Shown: one piece after another, positions 25,798 to 34,250 of the stretch
Position numbering within the stretch: the stretch's first letter is position 1
How the letters are laid out: each line of letters begins with the position of its first letter
Assembly: GCA_036732685.1 (NCBI GenBank)
Contig: DAINBY010000014.1
Span: 2,704-66,703 of the forward strand
Length of the DNA stretch: 64,000 bases
Origin: Candidatus Cybelea sp.
GTDB lineage: Bacteria > Vulcanimicrobiota > Vulcanimicrobiia > Vulcanimicrobiales > Vulcanimicrobiaceae
Direction: 5' to 3'
The notes under the pieces: model-generated
Database searches by the model: none
What the model was told of the DNA's origin: nothing
The model's input: the letters and a program-made list of their open reading frames with translations, nothing else
Translations under genes and position numbers: made by a program

Positions 25798-25938
25798 GCT
25801 GGGACAACCGAGGGCGAGGCGAGGCTGCCGTCGCTATCAGGTCAGTGACGTGAACGTGGGGATGTCAAAAGCCGTCGCGGCTGTCACCAAACGACCGCAA
25901 CGCGACGCCACCAACTATAACACAGCGTCAGCGAGCGT

Positions 25939-26538
25939 TCAAGCGGGGCTCAAGCGAGCGGTTCCGCTAAGGAATGGGCTTCCTGCTGCGTAGAAACGCA
26001 GCCGGCGCTCCGCTGCGGCCGTCACGCCGATTCGGGGACTGCGGCGCACGCGCAGAGCAAGGGCATCCGAATCGGCCAGCCATAGGTAGGGATGCGTGAA
26101 GAGATCGATCCCGTCGAGCGAGCGATCGATATCGAACGCGCGACAGAGTCGACCGGGACCGCGGCAAAGGTCGTCGGTGCGCTCCACAGCGCGGCGTTTG
26201 CGCATCAGCTCGACTCCTTCCACCGGTTCGAGCGCCCGCACGAGCACGCCGGCGCCTTCGCCGTCGCGCTCGCTCGAAAGATTGAAGCAGAACGAGGTGC
26301 CGTAGATCTGATAGACGTAGGCGCGGTGGGGTGGGCCGAAGAGCGTCGCGTTACGCGCACTCTTGCCGCGGAACGCATGACATGCGGGATCTCGCGGAAG
26401 GTAGGCCTCCGTCTCGACGATTCGACCGGCTACGGTACCGTCGTCGCTAACGCGAACGAGCACGCATCCGAGCAACGCGCGTGCCAGCGCACGCGTTTCG
26501 ATCGGCAAACGCTCCGGTTTCAGCCGGTGCAACGTCAT
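25939..26538 (-). CDS. mpg: DNA-3-methyladenine glycosylase (Mpg/AAG family)
   Basis: ATG at 26538: ALARALLGCVLV......GRIVETEAYL..DPACHAFRG.S.RN..LFGPPG.AYVY.IYG...CFN, the Pur_DNA_glyco family pattern. Confidence 0.85.
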   Translation of the reverse strand: MTLHRLKPERLPIETRALARALLGCVLVRVSDDGTVAGRIVETEAYLPRDPACHAFRGKSARNATLFGPPHRAYVYQIYGTSFCFNLSSERDGEGAGVLVRALEPVEGVELMRKRRAVERTDDLCRGPGRLCRAFDIDRSLDGIDLFTHPYLWLADSDALALRVRRSPRIGVTAAAERRLRFYAAGSPFLSGTARLSPA

Positions 26539-26966
26539 GCAGCAACGTTCAGCGCCGCTTCGGCCCTCGCCCTTTGCGTGATGTCGTCGACCGCCCCGGT
26601 CTGCATCGCGAACTTCGCAAGCGAGTTGAGCGCACATCGGAGGCGGACGTACGGAATCGCGAGCCGGTCGTCGACACCGCGCCCGCTCGTGATCTCTTCG
26701 GCGAACGCCGAATCACCAACGACGAAGCGGACGTCGCGTAAACCGCGCTTGGCGAGCGCTTGCGCGACGGCCGTCAATGCGGCGTACGCGACCGCGCGTT
26801 CGCCAAACGGCGTCGAGCCGGCGACGCGAAAGCCGATCCGGATGAGGTGCGCACCCTCCGGACCGGCTAGCCTTGCGTACGCAACACCTCTGCCGCGATG
26901 GTCGGCAGCGTACCCAACACCGGCCTCTACTCCGGGACCGGCACTTCGCGTCGTTCGCATCTCCAT
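26535..26966 (-). CDS. Hypothetical protein, possibly a degenerate RNase H-like (RVT_3-type) fold
   Basis: 143 aa, with ATGA overlap onto mpg. The order GVGYA... / ERAVAYAALTAVAQALAKRG / VRFVVGDSAFAEEI / ...DDITQRARAEAA resembles the RNase H beta-alpha layout, but the first catalytic Asp is not evident. Weak call. Confidence 0.4.
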   Translation of the reverse strand: MEMRTTRSAGPGVEAGVGYAADHRGRGVAYARLAGPEGAHLIRIGFRVAGSTPFGERAVAYAALTAVAQALAKRGLRDVRFVVGDSAFAEEITSGRGVDDRLAIPYVRLRCALNSLAKFAMQTGAVDDITQRARAEAALNVAA

Positions 26967-27006
26967 AGGCTTCTTATGCCCAGTTTAGTGCGAACATATG
27001 TTCGAG

Positions 27007-28149
27007 TCAAGCGATTTTTGCGGGTTTTGCCAGGCTTTCATAGAGGGCTTCCATACGGTCGAGCTGGGCCTCGATCGAGAAGCGGCGCGCAGCCTCGCGG
27101 GTCTCGCCGGCCTCCGTGGCGACGCCGGCCGCGAGCTGGCGGAGAGCGACTGCGAGCGCTTCGGGATTCGGGGCGGCGATGCGCCCCGCGCCGCCGAGGA
27201 CATCCCGGTTTTGCGGGGCATCGGCCACAATGACGTGCGTGCCCGCCGCCATCGCCTCGGCGAGAACGAGACCCTGCGTCTCGGTCGTGCTCGGCATAAC
27301 GAACGCATCGGCGCTCGCGTAGAGGCTGGGCAGTTCGTCTCGGGCGACGACGCCGAGAAACCGAGTCGCCGCGTTGACGCCGATCTCGGCGGCCAGGCGC
27401 TCCAGCTCGTCGCGGTGCGGACCGTCCCCGGCGATGACGAGTTTGAGGGAGTCGACCTCTGCCCGCGCGAGCGCCCGCAGGAGCAGCTCGACGTTCTTCT
27501 CCTTCGCCAACCGGCCGACGTATAGGAGCATACGGTCGGACGGGTGGAGACCCAGCCGCGCGCGCAGGGCCTCGTCTCGCCGTCCCGCGCCGAAGCGCGC
27601 CAAATCGATGCCGCTCGGCACCACTTCGATCCGCACCGTAACGCCCAAGTCGCGCAGGCGCGTCGCCATCGTTTGGGTCGGAACGACGACCGCGTCGGCC
27701 TGATTGGCAAAGGCGCGCGTCAGTCGCCCGGCGACAAACCGGGTGGCATTCGCTTCAAATGGAACGTAATGCGCGTAGGCTTCCAGCTGCGTGTGATACG
27801 TGTAGACGAGCGGCATTCCGTAGCGTCGCGCGTAGCGCAGGCCCATCCAGCCCGTCACGAACGGCGAGTGGACGTGAATGAGCGAGAGCCGCTTAATGAC
27901 GTTGTCGCGATTGCGCCGGCTGACCAAGGGCAGAGTCAAGCGGTACGGGGTGCGCGTCGGTAGCGGAAGCGAGGGCATTCGAAAGACCGGCCCGTCGGCT
28001 TCGGCAAGGCCCGGCATCCACGGAGCGAAGCAAAAAACTTGATGGCCGCGCGCGCGCAGACCATCGGCGAGGGCCTCGACCGACGCGACGACGCCGTTGA
28101 CCACCGGATGGTAAATTTCGGTGAAAAACCCGAGGCGGAGCGGCTCCAT
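27007..28149 (-). CDS. Glycosyltransferase, GT4 family (GT-B fold)
   Basis: 380 aa. N-terminus LRLGFFTEIYHPVVNGVVASVEALADGL.ARGH.V. C-terminal half LLYVGRLAKEKN...FVMPSTTETQGLVLAEAMAAG carries the GT4 EX7E-type motif. Confidence 0.8.
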   Translation of the reverse strand: MEPLRLGFFTEIYHPVVNGVVASVEALADGLRARGHQVFCFAPWMPGLAEADGPVFRMPSLPLPTRTPYRLTLPLVSRRNRDNVIKRLSLIHVHSPFVTGWMGLRYARRYGMPLVYTYHTQLEAYAHYVPFEANATRFVAGRLTRAFANQADAVVVPTQTMATRLRDLGVTVRIEVVPSGIDLARFGAGRRDEALRARLGLHPSDRMLLYVGRLAKEKNVELLLRALARAEVDSLKLVIAGDGPHRDELERLAAEIGVNAATRFLGVVARDELPSLYASADAFVMPSTTETQGLVLAEAMAAGTHVIVADAPQNRDVLGGAGRIAAPNPEALAVALRQLAAGVATEAGETREAARRFSIEAQLDRMEALYESLAKPAKIA

Positions 28150-28246
28150 CGCGACCCTTCCTTCGCCCCCTAAACCAGGGGCGCCCTCAAAAGGAGGCCC
28201 CTTCCGTCCGTGAGACTTTCAGCATATTCCCGTTCCTCGGCGGATG

Positions 28247-28255
28247 TGCTATATT
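28247..28255 (+). promoter_or_regulatory. Candidate extended -10 promoter element (TGc-TATATT) for the G5/3D-domain gene
   Basis: tgcTATATT at 28247-28255 is the only AT-rich -10-like hexamer in the 300-nt divergent intergenic region. The -35 17 nt upstream (TTCCCG) is poor. It would give a leader of about 190 nt. Sequence pattern only. Confidence 0.3.
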
Positions 28256-28449
28256 GCCCGGGTCAGGCCAGCCCGCCACGACGGAGAGCAGGCAGGCATG
28301 GGAATTCATTGGCGATTCCGTCGCATCCAATCGCCCCGCGGCCGATTAGCGCCGCTTCCCCAAACGCACGTCTCGTCGTTTTATCGTTCCGATTTGCGTG
28401 GTGTCGATCGCAACCGTGACGCGAGCCGAGAGAAGAAAGGAACATCGGG

Positions 28450-29118
28450 TTGATCGGACGTCTGCTCTACGCTTCGCTTTTTATTGCCGCCATTGGGATG
28501 TACCCAGCGGCGGCCGCACCCGTCACCGCGGTAACTTGGCACCGCGACGGGGTTCTCACGTGGGAGCGCGTCGCGCGCCGCACGATTCGGCCGCAAACGA
28601 TTCACCGGCTCACCGTCGGCATGGCACCCGGACATTCGAAAGTCCTCGCGCACGGCAACGCCGGCCTCGTCGAGATCCGCACGTTCTACGCGCAGCGCGA
28701 CGGCGGCCCCGTTCACCATAAGGTGATCTCTTCGACGATTCTGGTTGCGGCGAAGCCGCGGATCCTCGCCGAGGGCATCGGCGCCACGCCGCTCTATAGC
28801 TTTGAAGCCCACGGGCTCGCCCAAATGGCGTACATGGCGCGAGCTGCAATCGAAATGCTCGCAACCGCCTATACCGCCGGTTCGGCCGGCGGAAGCGGCG
28901 TGACGGCGATCGGGCGCCGCGCGGGATACGGCATCGTCGCCGTCGATCCGCGCGTCATTCCGCTCGGAACGCGCCTCTACATACCTGGGTACGGTCTGGC
29001 GATCGCCGGCGACACCGGCGGGGCAATCGTCGGAAATCGAATCGATCTCGGTTTCGACTCGCTGCGCGAGGCAATGCTCTTCGGTCGCCGCGACGTTAAA
29101 GTCTATCGCCTCAAGTAG
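28450..29118 (+). CDS. Secreted G5 + 3D domain protein (YabE/cell-wall-associated type)
   Basis: TTG start at 28450, with a signal/anchor LLYASLFIAAIGMYPAAAAP. G5-like VLAHGNAGLVEIRTFYAQRDGGPVHHKVISSTILVAAKPRILAEG. 3D domain ATAYTA...G.TA.G....YGIVAVDPRVIPLGTRLYIPGYGLAIAGDTGGAIVGNRIDL. It lies upstream of rsmA, as yabE does in Bacillus. Confidence 0.75.
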   Translation: MIGRLLYASLFIAAIGMYPAAAAPVTAVTWHRDGVLTWERVARRTIRPQTIHRLTVGMAPGHSKVLAHGNAGLVEIRTFYAQRDGGPVHHKVISSTILVAAKPRILAEGIGATPLYSFEAHGLAQMAYMARAAIEMLATAYTAGSAGGSGVTAIGRRAGYGIVAVDPRVIPLGTRLYIPGYGLAIAGDTGGAIVGNRIDLGFDSLREAMLFGRRDVKVYRLK

Positions 29119-29132
29119 CGAATAACCGCGGG

Positions 29133-29963
29133 GTGACGACGCCCCGCCAAATGCTCGCCCAAGCCGGGCTTGCGCCCAAGAAACGCTACGGGCAAAACTT
29201 TCTGCAAAACGAACCGGCGGCGCGCAAGATTGCGCAACTCGCTCTCGCCGGGACGGCTCCAGCTACGCGAACGCTTGAAATCGGCGCGGGTACCGGTGCG
29301 CTGACCCGCGCGCTCCTCGACGAAGGCGCCGATCTCACCGCGCTCGAGATCGATCCCGAGCTCGTCGCGATATTGGCAGCGCGCGAGGATCTTCGCGCCG
29401 TCGAGATCGTATGCGCCGACGCGCTCGAGTTCGATTATCGTGCATGGTCGTCGGGGCACCGCTGGATCGCCACCGGGAACCTGCCCTACAACGTTGCGAC
29501 GCCGGTGATGATGCGCCTGATCGAAATGGAATGCGGCCCCGATTCGCTCACCGTGATGGTGCAGCGTGACGTGGCGGAGCGCATCGTAGCTGTTCCAGGA
29601 ACGCGGGCATACGGCAGCCTCTCCGTTGCGGTCCAGTTCGCGATGCGCGCGCAGACGGTGTTAACGCTTTCGCCGGGCTCCTTCTTTCCGCCGCCGAAAG
29701 TACGCTCGAGCGTGGTGCGGCTCGTACGCCGCGACGCGCCGGCGGTCCGTCCGCGCGATCTTGCGGCGTTTTGGAAGGTCGTGCGCGGCGCCTTCGCGTA
29801 CCGGCGCAAAACGCTCGCGAATACGCTCGCACTTGCACTCGATCTCGATCGAGCGCGAATCCTGCGAGCCCTCGAATCGAGCAATCTCTCTCCGGAGATT
29901 CGCGGTGAACGACTCGAACTCGGCGATTTCGCCCGCCTGGCCGACGCGCTGGCCGAAGAATAG
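29133..29963 (+). CDS. rsmA: 16S rRNA (adenine1518/1519-N6)-dimethyltransferase
   Basis: 276 aa: KKRYGQNFL, LEIGAGTGALT, GNLPYNV. This is canonical KsgA/RsmA. Confidence 0.95.
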   Translation: MTTPRQMLAQAGLAPKKRYGQNFLQNEPAARKIAQLALAGTAPATRTLEIGAGTGALTRALLDEGADLTALEIDPELVAILAAREDLRAVEIVCADALEFDYRAWSSGHRWIATGNLPYNVATPVMMRLIEMECGPDSLTVMVQRDVAERIVAVPGTRAYGSLSVAVQFAMRAQTVLTLSPGSFFPPPKVRSSVVRLVRRDAPAVRPRDLAAFWKVVRGAFAYRRKTLANTLALALDLDRARILRALESSNLSPEIRGERLELGDFARLADALAEE

Positions 29964-29985
29964 CTTCAAGAACCCATGGACCTGG

Positions 29986-30639
29986 GTGATCGCGATCTTC
30001 ATCGCCGGTCTCTTTATCAGCGTCTTTGTTTTCAGCCTCAAGAACCCGCCCCAACCCATCAACGTCTCTCCGTTCGAAGTCTTCGGACTGCAGTTCGTCA
30101 TCGACGCATTGCTCGTGGGGCTGGTGCTCGCTACGTTGCGGCCGCTCTCCGGATTCACGCTGCGCGAGCTGGGGTTTCGCGTGCCCGATCGATCGACGCT
30201 CCTGACGGCCCTCGTGGGGTTCGTCGCGATGGTCCTGGTTGCAAATGGGAGCGAAGCGGCGATCACCTATTTCTCGAAGAACGATCACTCACAAGACGTC
30301 ATCCAGATGTTCAAACATCTTCACGACCCGGGGACGATCGCGGTCTTCGTCGTCTTCGCCGTGATCTTCGCGCCGTTCGTCGAAGAGACGATCTTCCGCG
30401 TCTTCTTCTTCAACCTCGGCCTGCGTTACGGCGGGTTCTGGGGCGGCGCGATCGTGAGCGGCGTTCTTTTTGGGATCGCACACGGCGACTTGTACGCGGC
30501 ATTACCGCTCGCGTTGGGCGGCATCGTCCTCTGCGCCGTGTACTACCGCACGCGCAACGCGTACGCATCGATGATCTCGCACGCGCTCTTCAACGCGCTG
30601 GCGATCGTCCTGCTTATCGCCTTCCCGAAGCTTACGTAA
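29986..30639 (+). CDS. CPBP-family intramembrane glutamic endopeptidase (CAAX protease-like)
   Basis: FAPFVEETIFRVFFF (EExxxR), GVLFGIAHG (FxxxH) and ISHALFNAL (HxxxN) are the three CPBP motifs. The protein is polytopic. The start is uncertain: GTG at 29986 is chosen, and an earlier GTG near 29904 is possible. Confidence 0.75.
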   Translation: MIAIFIAGLFISVFVFSLKNPPQPINVSPFEVFGLQFVIDALLVGLVLATLRPLSGFTLRELGFRVPDRSTLLTALVGFVAMVLVANGSEAAITYFSKNDHSQDVIQMFKHLHDPGTIAVFVVFAVIFAPFVEETIFRVFFFNLGLRYGGFWGGAIVSGVLFGIAHGDLYAALPLALGGIVLCAVYYRTRNAYASMISHALFNALAIVLLIAFPKLT

Positions 30640-31717
30640 GCAGTCGCGCGGCCTCGACGACGCTCTGCGCGTCGATCGCGCGCGTGTCGAGATAGACCAA
30701 GCGGTGTTGGAGCGAGGGCGGTTTCGTCGCGGTCGCCGGCCGGCGATCGAATCGCCGATCGCGCACGTAGCGTCCCACGATGTGGATGGCATCGCGATTC
30801 GGCTCGTCGTACCAGTCGGGGTGGTGAGCGACCCAGAGCCCCACGGTCGGAACCCCGCCTCGCGCGAGCGTGAGGTGCAGCGGGCCGGCCGGAATGCCGA
30901 CGAAAAGATCGATTCGTTTCGCCAGCGCCTTGTAGACTCGCGCGAACGGCTCGTCGACGTCGCCGAATAACGCTCGAAAGCCGGCGACGCCGTCGCCCAG
31001 ATCTTCGTCGTCCATTGAGATGAAACGCCAGGCCGGCGATTGCCGGCGCATCGCGGCGACGAACGCGCGAGCCTCGGATCCGTCGCCCCAGTTCTTGCGC
31101 GCTGCGGTCATGCCGCTGCGCGAAATCACGCCCAATCGCACCGGCGGGCCTGCGAATCGCGCAAGCCGCTCGTCGACTGAGCTCTGCGCCGCCTCCGGCG
31201 CGTCGAAGTCGATAGCATTGACGAGCGGCTGCGAGAGATCGATTCCGGCGAGCCGCTGCGGCGCTACCAGCATCCGCACCAAGTTCCGCGCTTTGGTGTG
31301 AAACGGATACGGCGTTCGGCCTTCGGTTTCGGGATAATCCGTCCAGAGCAGAGCTTGCGGTGCGAACTCGGCCACGGCAGCGTCGAGCGGCGGTGGAATC
31401 TCCAAGGTGAGCGAGCGTCCGTCGCATTGCGCTAGTCGCACGCCGAAGTGCGGCGCGCCGAGATTCGAGCCGGTTCCCGGTGCGCGCACTCCGCTGAAGA
31501 GCGGCTCGACGCCGGCGCTTCCCTCCGCGACCGAAACGAAGTCATCGCCAAAGCGGGTGATCGCATAGGTATTCGACGGCTCGAGCAGTGGCGCGATCGT
31601 ACCGAACGTTACCCAATCTCCGAAACCATGCGGCCAGTAGATCAGCGCGCGCGTATCGCGGAGCGCGGCGAACCGCCCGCGGTCCTCGCGTACTGCCGGC
31701 AGCGTAAGCCTCGCCAT
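30632..31717 (-). CDS. Glycosyltransferase family 9 (heptosyltransferase-like) protein
   Basis: 361 aa. The C-terminal LAKRIDLFVGIPAGPLHLTLARGGVPTVGLWVAHHP resembles the GT9 'DSGP.HLAAA.G.P.V.LFG' block. The N-terminal half is poorly recognisable. Confidence 0.5.
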   Translation of the reverse strand: MARLTLPAVREDRGRFAALRDTRALIYWPHGFGDWVTFGTIAPLLEPSNTYAITRFGDDFVSVAEGSAGVEPLFSGVRAPGTGSNLGAPHFGVRLAQCDGRSLTLEIPPPLDAAVAEFAPQALLWTDYPETEGRTPYPFHTKARNLVRMLVAPQRLAGIDLSQPLVNAIDFDAPEAAQSSVDERLARFAGPPVRLGVISRSGMTAARKNWGDGSEARAFVAAMRRQSPAWRFISMDDEDLGDGVAGFRALFGDVDEPFARVYKALAKRIDLFVGIPAGPLHLTLARGGVPTVGLWVAHHPDWYDEPNRDAIHIVGRYVRDRRFDRRPATATKPPSLQHRLVYLDTRAIDAQSVVEAARLLT

Positions 31718-31720
31718 ACG

Positions 31721-32953
31721 TCAGCGTCCGAGCGGCACGCCGCCGCAAAGATGCGCGGGCATGGTGCCGCGTAGGCTCGCGAAGAACGCCGTCGCGTCTG
31801 TATCGTAGGCCGGACAACCCGGAGAGTGTGGATCGGGGCGCGGATCGAGCCGAACGCTCCGATTCGCAGCAGCGACTGCCCAGACGCCTTCATCGCCACG
31901 CGCGAGCAGAATGCTTCGTCCGCTCTCCCGCAACGCGACCGCGCGCTCGTAGGCGCTCCAGTCTACCACGAACGGCCAGCGTCCCGGCCGTAGCACGTCG
32001 TCGTTGAACGCGAGCATCGCAACGAGCGCGCAGGGAACCATCCAGCGCGCAAAACGCACCTCGCGCGCCACACCAAAAGCCGCCCCGGCCGCCGTCGCCG
32101 CCATCAGGGGCGCGACGTAGTGCGAGCCGAGCCGGCTCGGTTCGTAGTTCCAGGGGCGCATAAAGAGGATCTCCGCAAGCAGCGGCGCCGCAAGCAGCAG
32201 CCAACGGCCGACGGCGACCGGCGCAAATGCAAACGGCGCCAGCAACAGCACCATCATGCCCACCTTGCTTCCGGGATTGAAAATCTGCAGCGAATACCCC
32301 GGATCGTTCGGGTGCACGCCGGCAGCGCGTTCGAGGAGCCAAAAGCCCGCGCCGTTGACGACCGCGAGCATCGCGAGCGCGACGCCGATGCGCCGGTCCC
32401 ACCAAATCGCGCACGCCGCCCCGAACCACGCCACGAAGAGAATCTCGTCCTCTTTCAAACCCATTAGGAGCTGCGCCAAAACGAGCGTCCACCACAACGA
32501 ATGCCGTCGCGCAGCAAGCGCGCCGCAGAGCGCGAGCAGCGGCACGAAGACGTTCTCGGAGAAGTTGTCGTAGCTCAGCCCTTGCGCCGCCGGTGAAAGC
32601 AAGTATGCAATCGCGAGCAGATTTGCCGCGCGCGCTTGGAGCCCGAGCTCTCGCCCGAGCAACGCGAGCGGAATCGCCGCCAGCGCGACGGCGAGCACCT
32701 GCACGACGATCAGCGTCTGTGCCGAGGGAAAGAGCGCCACGAGCGGCACGAGCGCCGTCAACACCCACGAATCGTGGACTAAGAAATGCTGCCGCCACTC
32801 GCCATAGTTCCACGACGACCCATGCTGCAGATTGACCAGCGTCTGCAGATACGTCCCAAGATCCGCACCATACCGCAGCGCATACAGCTTATTAAAATCG
32901 AGTGCCACATAGACAGCGACAAAAACCGCCACCCCCACGAACGTGGCTCGCAT
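31721..32953 (-). CDS. Polytopic membrane protein, DUF2079-like (putative envelope glycan transferase)
   Basis: ATG at 32953: MRATFVGVAVFVAVYVALDFNKLYALRYGADLGTYLQTLVNL...; at least 9 hydrophobic segments (SAQTLIVVQVLAVALAAIPL ...). The longer track ORF upstream is Arg/Ser-rich read-through over the neighbouring gene. An alternative ATG exists at 33022. Confidence 0.55.
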   Translation of the reverse strand: MRATFVGVAVFVAVYVALDFNKLYALRYGADLGTYLQTLVNLQHGSSWNYGEWRQHFLVHDSWVLTALVPLVALFPSAQTLIVVQVLAVALAAIPLALLGRELGLQARAANLLAIAYLLSPAAQGLSYDNFSENVFVPLLALCGALAARRHSLWWTLVLAQLLMGLKEDEILFVAWFGAACAIWWDRRIGVALAMLAVVNGAGFWLLERAAGVHPNDPGYSLQIFNPGSKVGMMVLLLAPFAFAPVAVGRWLLLAAPLLAEILFMRPWNYEPSRLGSHYVAPLMAATAAGAAFGVAREVRFARWMVPCALVAMLAFNDDVLRPGRWPFVVDWSAYERAVALRESGRSILLARGDEGVWAVAAANRSVRLDPRPDPHSPGCPAYDTDATAFFASLRGTMPAHLCGGVPLGR

Positions 32954-33137
32954 CTCTCTTACGCCGAGTCGCGGCACCGTGGAGCGCCGATGAGAAGCGT
33001 CCAGTTTTTTGGGGCCAGCCATGGAGGGCTGCTTCAAAACTTCGTTCTCCCCAAAAAATGGTCGAGCAGGAGCGCGCAGGACGCGCGCGACGGGCGTCTT
33101 CTCATCGCCGCTCCACGGTGTCGCGACTCGGCTCGCA

Positions 33138-34229
33138 TCAACCCGTCGGTTCGACGCGCTCCGCCAATTTCTCTCGATGCACGCGCTCGACGATCGCCCG
33201 CAGCCGTTCGATAAAGCGTTCGGGCGAGAATTGCTCCGCATGCGCACGCAAACGCTGCGCATCGAAGCGCGACGCATCGAAGCCTCGCAACACGCCCGCG
33301 AGCGATTCGGCATTCGGCTCGTCGAAGAATGCGCCGGTCTCGCCGTCGACGATCGTCTCGAGCGCACCGCCGGCACGATAGGCGATGGTCGGGCGTCCGG
33401 CCGCGGCCGCTTCGAGCGGGACGAGGCCGAAGTCTTCCTCGCCCGGAACGATTGCCGCGCGCGCGTTCCCGGCCAACTCGTTGAGCCGGGCGTCGGATAC
33501 GTATCCGAGCAAAGTCGTCGTCGTTCCCTTCGCGAGTTCGCGCAGGGAGCGTTCCGCCGGACCGGTACCGGCGACGAGCAGCGGTACGTTAGCGAGTGCG
33601 GCGGCGCGGACCGCAAGCTCGACTCGTTTGTACGGTAAGAGACGCGTCGCGACGATAAAGTAATCGCCGCGGCCGGTGCCGAGCGTAAAGCGGTCGAGGT
33701 CGACCGGACAGTGGAGCACGTCGCTCTCGCGCCCGTAATACTTTTTGATTCGATCGGCAACGTTGCGAGAGTTCGCGACGAAACGCGTCGGCCGCTGTGC
33801 GGCCTCTCGGTCCCAGGCAATCAATCCGTCGACGAACGGGCGCGCAAACCCCGGAACGTACTCTTCGGGCGCGAACGCGAAGCGGCTAACGGTGTTGATG
33901 TAGCAGATGTGGGCGGCGCCGGGAGGAACGCGGATGCCCTTCGACCACGAGGTGGTCGAGCTGACGATCGTATCGAACCCGCGAAGATCGAACGATTCGA
34001 ATGCGCGCGGATAGAGCGGTGCGAGCGGCCGGAAGTACCGGTTCGCGAAGGGTATGCGCGCCAGATACGAGGCTCGTACGCGCGCCGCCGGAAACGTGTC
34101 GCCGAGCGCGCGCTCGTCGTAGAGCGAGGTATAGATCGGCGCGTCAGGCCAAGCTCGCGCGATATGCGCGAAGACACGCTCGCCGCCGCCGCGCTGGTTC
34201 AAGTAATCGTGAACGAGCGCAACCCTCAT
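33138..34229 (-). CDS. Glycosyltransferase, GT4 family
   Basis: 363 aa: MRVALVHDYLNQRGGGERV... and the C-terminal VPGEEDFGLVPLEAAAAGRPTIAYRAGGALETI (EX7E motif). Confidence 0.8.
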   Translation of the reverse strand: MRVALVHDYLNQRGGGERVFAHIARAWPDAPIYTSLYDERALGDTFPAARVRASYLARIPFANRYFRPLAPLYPRAFESFDLRGFDTIVSSTTSWSKGIRVPPGAAHICYINTVSRFAFAPEEYVPGFARPFVDGLIAWDREAAQRPTRFVANSRNVADRIKKYYGRESDVLHCPVDLDRFTLGTGRGDYFIVATRLLPYKRVELAVRAAALANVPLLVAGTGPAERSLRELAKGTTTTLLGYVSDARLNELAGNARAAIVPGEEDFGLVPLEAAAAGRPTIAYRAGGALETIVDGETGAFFDEPNAESLAGVLRGFDASRFDAQRLRAHAEQFSPERFIERLRAIVERVHREKLAERVEPTG

Positions 34230-34250
34230 GGCAACGGGAACGAGGAGCGT

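Noticed and set aside
25861-25890. An intrinsic terminator after mpg (AGCCG-CGA-CGGCT + TTTT on the minus strand), overlapping a perfect TTGACA -35-like hexamer upstream of rho.
   Set aside because: The stem is only 5 bp with a 3-nt loop. No acceptable -10 hexamer lies 16-18 nt downstream of the TTGACA. This is too weak to call either feature.
28260-28449. A cyclic-di-AMP (ydaO/yuaA) riboswitch upstream of the 3D-domain gene.
   Set aside because: I could not find the conserved blocks I remember for this class (GGGGUGAAUC-like and ACCCGAAxCCG...CAGCUAACC-like). It is kept only as an unclassified leader in the findings. It needs an Infernal scan.
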